Assembly (NCBI RefSeq): GCF_030144855.1
Contig: NC_082729.1
Location: forward strand, 35,154,001 to 35,218,000
Origin: Hypanus sabinus
Lineage: Eukaryota
Direction: 5' to 3'
DNA: 64,000 bases
The notes under the pieces were generated by a model. It was not told the origin of the DNA and searched no databases. It was given only the letters and a program-made list of their open reading frames with translations. Each line of letters begins with the position of its first letter. Position 1 is the stretch's first letter. A program made the position numbers and the translations under genes. Positions 57,951 through 64,000 of the stretch are shown here, piece by piece.

Positions 57951-59353
57951 CATGTGGTTCCATTGTTTAAAAAGGGTTCTAGAAGTAAGCCTAGCAATTA
58001 TAGACCTGTCAGTTTGACATCAGTTGTGGGTAAATTAATGGAAAGTATTCTTAGAGATAGTATTAATAATTATCTGGATAGACGGGATCTGATTAGGAGT
58101 AGCCAGCTTGGATTTGTGCGTGGAAGGTCATGTTTGACAAACCTTATTGAATTTTTTGAAGAAGTTACGAGGAATGTTGACGATGGTAAGGCAGTGGATG
58201 TAGTCTATATGGACTTCAGCAAAACCTTTGACAAAGTTCCACATGGAAGGTTAGTTACGAAGGTTCAGTCGTTAGGTATTAATGCTGGAGTAATAAAATG
58301 GATTCAACAGTGGCTAGATGGGAGATGCCAGAGCGTAGTGGTGGATAATTGTTTATCGGTATGGAGGCCGGTGACTAGCGGGGTGCCTCAAGGATCTGCT
58401 TTGGGCCCAATGTTGTTTGTAATATACATAAATGATCCGGATGATGGGGTGGTAAATTGGATTAGTAAGTATGCCGATGATACTAAGGTAGGAGGAGTTG
58501 TGGATAATGAGGTGGGTTTTCAAAGCTTACAGGGAGATTTATGCCGGTTAGAGGAATGGGCTGAACGTAGGCAGATGGAGTTTAATACTCAGAAGTGTGA
58601 GGTTCTACATTTTGGCAGGAATAATCCAAATAGAACATACAGGGTAAATGGTAGGGCATTGAGGAATGCAGCGGAACAGAGAGATCTAGGAGATCATGTA
58701 GATAGGGTGGTGAAGAAGGCTTTTGGAACGCTGGCCTTTATAAATCAAAGCATTGAGTACAGAAGTTGGGATGTAATGTTAAAATTGTACAAGGCATTGG
58801 TAAGGCCAAATTGTGTGCAGTTCTGGTCATCGAATTATAGGAAAGATATCAATAAATTAGAGAGAGTGCAGAGACGATTTACTAGGATGTTACCTGAGTT
58901 TCAGTACTTAAGTTACAGAGAAAGGTTGAACAAGTTAGGTCTCTATTCATTGGAGCGTAGAAGGTTGAGGGGGGATTTGATCGAGGTATTTAAAATTTTG
59001 AGAGGGATAAATAGAGTTGACGTGAATAGGCTGTTTCCATTGAGAGTAGGGGAGATTCAAACGAGAGGACATGATTTGAGAGTTAGGGGGCAGAAGTTTA
59101 AGGGAAACACGAGGGGGTATTTCTTTACTCAGAGAGTGATAGCTGTGTGGAATGAGCTTCCTGTAGAAGTAGTAGAGGCCAGTTCAGTTGTGTCATTTAA
59201 GGTAAAATTGGATAGGTATATGGACAGGAAAGGAGTGGAGGGCTATGGGCTGAGTGCGGGTAGGTGGGACTAGGTGAGATTAAGAGTTCGGCACGGACTA
59301 GGAGGGTCGAGATGGCCTGTTTCCGTGCTGTGATTGTTATGTGGTTATATGGT
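57951..59353 (+). mobile_element. Young 5'-truncated CR1 with an open RT frame
   Basis: ORF 57858-59273 has YRPVSLTS, GRSCLTNL, GVPQGS and YADDTK. TSD TATTTG at 57934-57939 and 59354-59359; empty site at about 6565. Confidence 0.95.
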
Positions 59354-60882
59354 TATTTGCAGCAATAGTAACAGTAGTAATATTAGTAGTGATGGTAGTA
59401 ATGGTGGTAGTGGCAGAAGTAGTTTATAAAGTGATGAGCGGCAGAGATGGAGTGGACAGACAATATGTTTTCCCCAGTGTTTAAATGGCCAGTCCTAGAG
59501 GGCGTGCCTTTAAGGAGAAAGGGAGTCAGATCAAAGGAGACGTGAACGATAAGTTACTTTTTCACAGAGAGCGGTGGCTGGCTGGAATGCGCTGTAAGAG
59601 TGGTGGTGAAGGCAGATACATTGAGATTGTTAAGAGCCGCTTGGATGGAAACATGAACGTGAGGGAAATGGACATTGTTTCTTCAGATGCCATTAGTTAC
59701 GTCGACCGTGTGATTACTCATTTAATTGATTTGGTACAATATTGTGGACTATTCCTGCGCTGGATTGTTCTGTGTTCTTGCAGGACTCTGCAAACGTCCT
59801 GGGCAAATTTCTGCAGTGAGGATGACTTCGACTTTTGCAGAGTACTATATTTGTCAACGTAGACCGGAGAGCGTAGTGCGGAAGCAATGGATGTTGGAAT
59901 GGCGAGGGTGAAGCGCCACGGGAGGGATCTGGGACAGAGACAGAGACGGAGGGTTAGGGTCGGTGTTGGGGGCGGTTGCTGGCGCGGATGCAGATACGCG
60001 AGGACCTGAGACACCAGGGAAGGTCATTAGATTTTAAACAATTGGTTTATTGATTATTTCAGAATCCCTCTAGTGCATCCTGCTTCCTCCCATCCCCCTT
60101 CCCCTTTTCTCAAGATTTGATTCCCTTCTCCCAAACCTCCTAACAGTCTCAGTCCACAACGAAGAGCCATATCAGAATCAGGTTTATCGTCACACACATA
60201 TGTCATGAAATGTGTTGCTCTTTTGGTGACGGTGCAATGTATCGTTAATAAATTCCTGTTTAGTAATAGCACTGCCCATCAACCTTCCTGGTTAACTCCA
60301 GGTAAATTCAGAATGGTCAATTAACCTAAATACCACAATGTTTTTGAAATGTGGGAGGAAAGCAGAGTACCCAGGGGAATCCCGCACGGTCACGAGAGCT
60401 GGTATTAGTGCTGCGAAAAGCTTTTTCACTCCAGTCCAGTATGATGTTCCTCTAAGGGATTGTCATCCGTGGGTCCTCGGCTGGCTGTAGAGGCCGATCC
60501 AGGACCCACATAACGTCAGTGTTCGGATGCATTCACTTAATGGACATCGGCCGCGCGAAACTTTGTCTAACGTGGGGAAGCCAATGTACGGACATGCATT
60601 ACATGGTCATTTGCAGATCGGAGACATGCCGGGGGAGGTTGCGGTCAGGGCCCAGTAGCTTGGGATGCAAGATGACTGTGGTCTCTGTGCTGTTGCAGAC
60701 TTCCGACGACTTCACTGTCGTTGTGGTGTGTCAAATTTCTGTTCCCTATTGCAGCCCATCTCTACTAGCCTTCTTCTCGTTCCCTCTTCGCTCTCGCCTC
60801 TCCTCCTGAATTTCCATTCTGCGCCGCCTCTCCATTCTGCAGCCCTCTCACTTTCACCGTATCTCCTCCACCAGATTCAACA

Positions 60883-61820
60883 TTGTCGTTCTCCGAAGCA
60901 GTGACAATTTCGGCGCTCTCTGGGAATCTTTCCACACACAATTCAACGGCCGTTGGAAACACAATGGAGTGGGGAGCACTTTCCGTCATGTCAATGGCCC
61001 TCTTCACCCTCACATTCCTACTGGGCATCCCGGGCAACGGCCCAGTCATCTGGGTGACCAGCTTCAAGATGAAGAGTAAGGTCCACACAGTGTGTTTCCT
61101 GAACCTGGCTCTGGCTGACCTGATCTATTGCTTGACTCTTCGCTTCCGCATGGCCAACAACTCCTTGGCCTACTCTCGGTACAACCCCTACTTTTCCAGG
61201 AAGTTTATTGGATTCTTCATTATCTTCAATGCATCCGCCAGGATATATCTGTTATGCCTGATCAGCATCAGCCGCTGCCTGGCTATTACTCGGCCCACTT
61301 GGTTCCAGCAACATCTGAGCCTCACATGGGCTCGTGCGGCCTGCTTCGGAGTCTGAATCCTAGCCTTCGTCATGTGCCTACCCCTCCTCCTGCTTCCGGA
61401 TTTGGAGAAGGAATTCACCATTTTGGAGCCATTTTGCTTTGTTTTCATCTTCAGCCTCACCCTTCTAATTATGATCACCTGCTACTCCCTGGCTGGCTGG
61501 AGGCTGCAAGGAAACAGGTTCGCCAAATCTAAGAAGCCTGTCCGCCTCATCATCACCGTGGTCGTCACCTTTATGATCTGTTGGATCCCCAACGCTGTCT
61601 GCGACATCGTATCAGCCTCCACACCGATCCCTGACAACTGGTCGTTATTCACTGTAGCCCTGGCCTCCTCCAACAGCGCCCTCAACCCCATTCTCTATGT
61701 CTTCACTGGCCGCGAATTCCACCAGGTCTTCAGGCGCTCCATCAGGCTTTCTGCGAGCAGAGGCTAGAATTGGTGACCCAGTCCCAGACCCCCAACCACA
61801 CCCCAAATAGAATTGTCTAA
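60883..61820 (+). pseudogene. Receptor pseudogene, copy 5
   Basis: Start ATG changed to TTG at 60883; TGG changed to TGA at 61354-61356 (W4.50); 16-bp CGCTCC-microhomology deletion at about 61740; ancestral stop at 61818-61820. Confidence 0.92.
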
Positions 61821-62448
61821 GGGAGTTCGTCGGGGCCAGATATCCGACCGATTTCCCCAGACTACAGACACAGTGAAGAGTCAGATTCAATTATGGTCGG
61901 CAGTGGAAGCTTTGCTACACTCTTATTTTAGTCCCTCAGAAAATACAACATAGACCATTCGGCCTACAATGTACCGTATCAATTCAACTAATCGATAAAT
62001 GACCAATTGACCTCATCCCCTCTGCCTACACAATAGCGTTATCTTTCGTTTTTGCTTATTCCACCTATCTAAACATCTCTGAAATATCTACTCTCGCCAC
62101 CATTCCAGGCAGAGTACAATCCACTGTCTGTGTAAATAACCTGGCCCTCGCATCTCCTCCAGAATGACCTTCGTATCTCCTTCGGAATGACGCCTTCTCA
62201 CTTTAAATGTATGACCTCTGCTGTTAGACATTTCAACCCTGGGAAACATACTGAACATCCATGCCCTTCATTATCTTCTAAATCTCATCCCGCCACAACA
62301 GTGAAAATAACCCAAGAGTGTTCAACCTCTCGAATCCAGGCAGCATCCTATCCTGGTAAATCTCCTCTGCACCCTCTGCAAAGCCTCGATCTCTTTCCTG
62401 CAATAGACGACCAGAACTGTATACACTTCTGTCACCAAGTAGTCTCCA

Positions 62449-63411
62449 TGTAAGGGCAGATGTAGCACTTGTTCCATTTACAAGGATGAGTGCCAGGAAG
62501 GAGATCGGTGGGAAGGGATGGGGGGGACGAGTGGACAAGGGAGTCGTGTAGGGAGCGATATCTGCGAAAAGCAGAAAGGGGGGAGGGGAAAATGTGTTTG
62601 GTAGTGGGATCGTGCTACAAGTGCTACACCTGCCCTTACACTTCCTCCCTCACCACCATTCAGGGCCCCAGACAATCCTTCCAGGTGAGGTGACACTTCC
62701 CCTGTGAGTCGGCTGGTGTGGTATACTGCGTTCGGTGCTCCCGGTCGGGCCATTTATATTTTGGTGAGACTCGACGCAGAATGGGTGATCGTTTCGCTGA
62801 ACACCTATGCTCGGTCCACAAGAAAAAGCAGGATCTCCCAGTGGCCACACATTTTAATTCCACGTCCCATTCCCATTCTGATATGTCTATCCATGGCCTC
62901 CTCTATTGTCACAATGAATCCAAACTCAGGATGGAGCAACAACACCTTATATACCGGCTGGATACCCTCCAACCTGATGGCATGAACATTGACTTCTCTA
63001 ACTTCCGTTAATGCCCCTCCTCCCCTTCTTACCCCATCCCTGACATATTTAGTTGTTTGCCTGTTCTCCATATCCCTCTGGTGCTTCCCTCCCCCCCCCC
63101 TTCCTTCCTTCCTTTCTCCTGCGGCTTCCCGTCCCATTATCCTTTCCCTTCTCCAGCTCTGTATCACTTTTGCCAATCACCTTTCCAGCTCTTAGCTTCA
63201 TCCTACCCCCTCCGGTCTTCTCCTATCATTTCGCATATCCCCCTCCCCCTACTACTTTCAAATATCTTTCGGTTAGTCCTGACGAAGGGTCTCGGCCCGA
63301 AACGTCGACAGCGCTTCTCCCTATAGATGCTGCCTGACCTGCTGTGTTCCACCAGCATTTTTTGTGTGGTGCCGATTGAATTCCCAGCATCTGCAGATTT
63401 CCTCGTGCTTG
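62449..63411 (+). mobile_element. Penelope-like element 3' fragment (GIY-YIG) with inverted 5' segment
   Basis: ORF 62718-63011 VYCVRCSRSGHLYFGETRRRMGDRFAEHL...HF. Segment 62449-62612 is Penelope sequence in the opposite orientation. Confidence 0.9.
63275..63309 (+). ncRNA. Minimal type I hammerhead ribozyme motif (Penelope-associated)
   Basis: AGUC CUGACGA A GGG-UCUCGG-CCC GAAA CG UC/ GAC; GUC cleavage triplet at 63304-63306. Confidence 0.82.
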
Positions 63412-63649
63412 CTATATATACCACTTCCTGCGAGAAGGGTGCTTTTTTTGTTTCCTTCTGATACAAAGCACACAAGAGATAAGATCTCAGTTCGTTCTTT
63501 ATTTGCCTTTGAAACAGCGACCTGTTAAGCTTTTAGCAATTTTAATAAAAGGTTCGTGAACATATTTTGAAGACAATTCGTGTTTGTGCTCCTTTGGCCT
63601 CCATAGATAAAGAGTACATGTACCATGTACAGTAAAAAGTACTTGATCC

Positions 63650-64000
63650 TGAATGTAGTAAAACCAGAAGGCCCAGGATTGTAAGAAGCTGATTGGCTAA
63701 CAGAACTATTTTGGAGATAAATCAATTGGCATGCCACTTTCCCATCAACTGAAAGCGAATTAAGAGCATTGCTCTACGATGCCACAGCTGTGTTCAGGGA
63801 TGGCATTGAGAAACGCAAACATGTCAAGGGTAAATAAGTGTTAAATGAAAATGCCACACCCAAGTTTTACAAACCCCATCTGGTTCCTCATACCATCCAT
63901 GACAAAGTAGCCAGTGAGCTAGATCATATGGAGGCTGAAGACGTTCGACCAAGGTTGAGTGGAGCCTGTGAGCAACACCAGCGGTCCCAAGGGTCAAAGG
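63650..64000 (+). mobile_element. Gypsy protease-RT junction remnant (runs off the window)
   Basis: LGRNWL-like region followed by ATPKFYKP.LVP...S.WATP.VP-like sequence; homologous to about 49590-49930. Confidence 0.75.

Noticed and set aside
57858-59273. 471-aa RT ORF as a functional or domesticated gene
   Set aside because: The first ~31 codons come from flank, and the element is 5'-truncated with no endonuclease and has internal in-frame deletions.

Overview
This is eukaryotic, repeat-rich vertebrate DNA, probably from a cartilaginous fish such as a ray or shark (inferred from the CR1, L1, Penelope and Tc1 repertoire, not proven). It contains a tandem birth-and-death array of five chemoattractant-receptor-like class A GPCR copies (C3aR/CMKLR1/FPR-like, single coding exon), all on the + strand. 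Two are intact (10850-11839, 33950-34903) and three are pseudogenes (about 22141-23665, 45531-47751, 60883-61820). They are arranged as a roughly 23-27 kb higher-order duplication [intact gene - L1 - CR1-disrupted pseudogene] built on an older monomer. The receptors are atypical: the D of DRY/DRC is lost (CRC/SRC), there is no TM3-ECL2 disulfide cysteine pair, and ECL2 is tiny. Intergenic DNA is layered with CR1 LINEs, two paralogous full-length decayed L1s with a 15-bp TSD, solo LTRs, Tc1 and Gypsy remnants, tRNA-derived SINEs and two Penelope-like elements, each carrying a minimal type I hammerhead ribozyme motif. The main highlights are: (1) a 157-bp duplication whose breakpoint coincides with the predicted hammerhead cleavage site and which carries host flank, suggesting ribozyme-defined 3' transduction; (2) an RPS15A retrocopy with an open ORF inserted in frame into L1 ORF2 of only one duplicate; (3) a conserved putative PU.1/C/EBP promoter and 5'UTR exon upstream of receptor copies 1, 3 and 5. 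Boundaries of old repeats are approximate and were read by eye.
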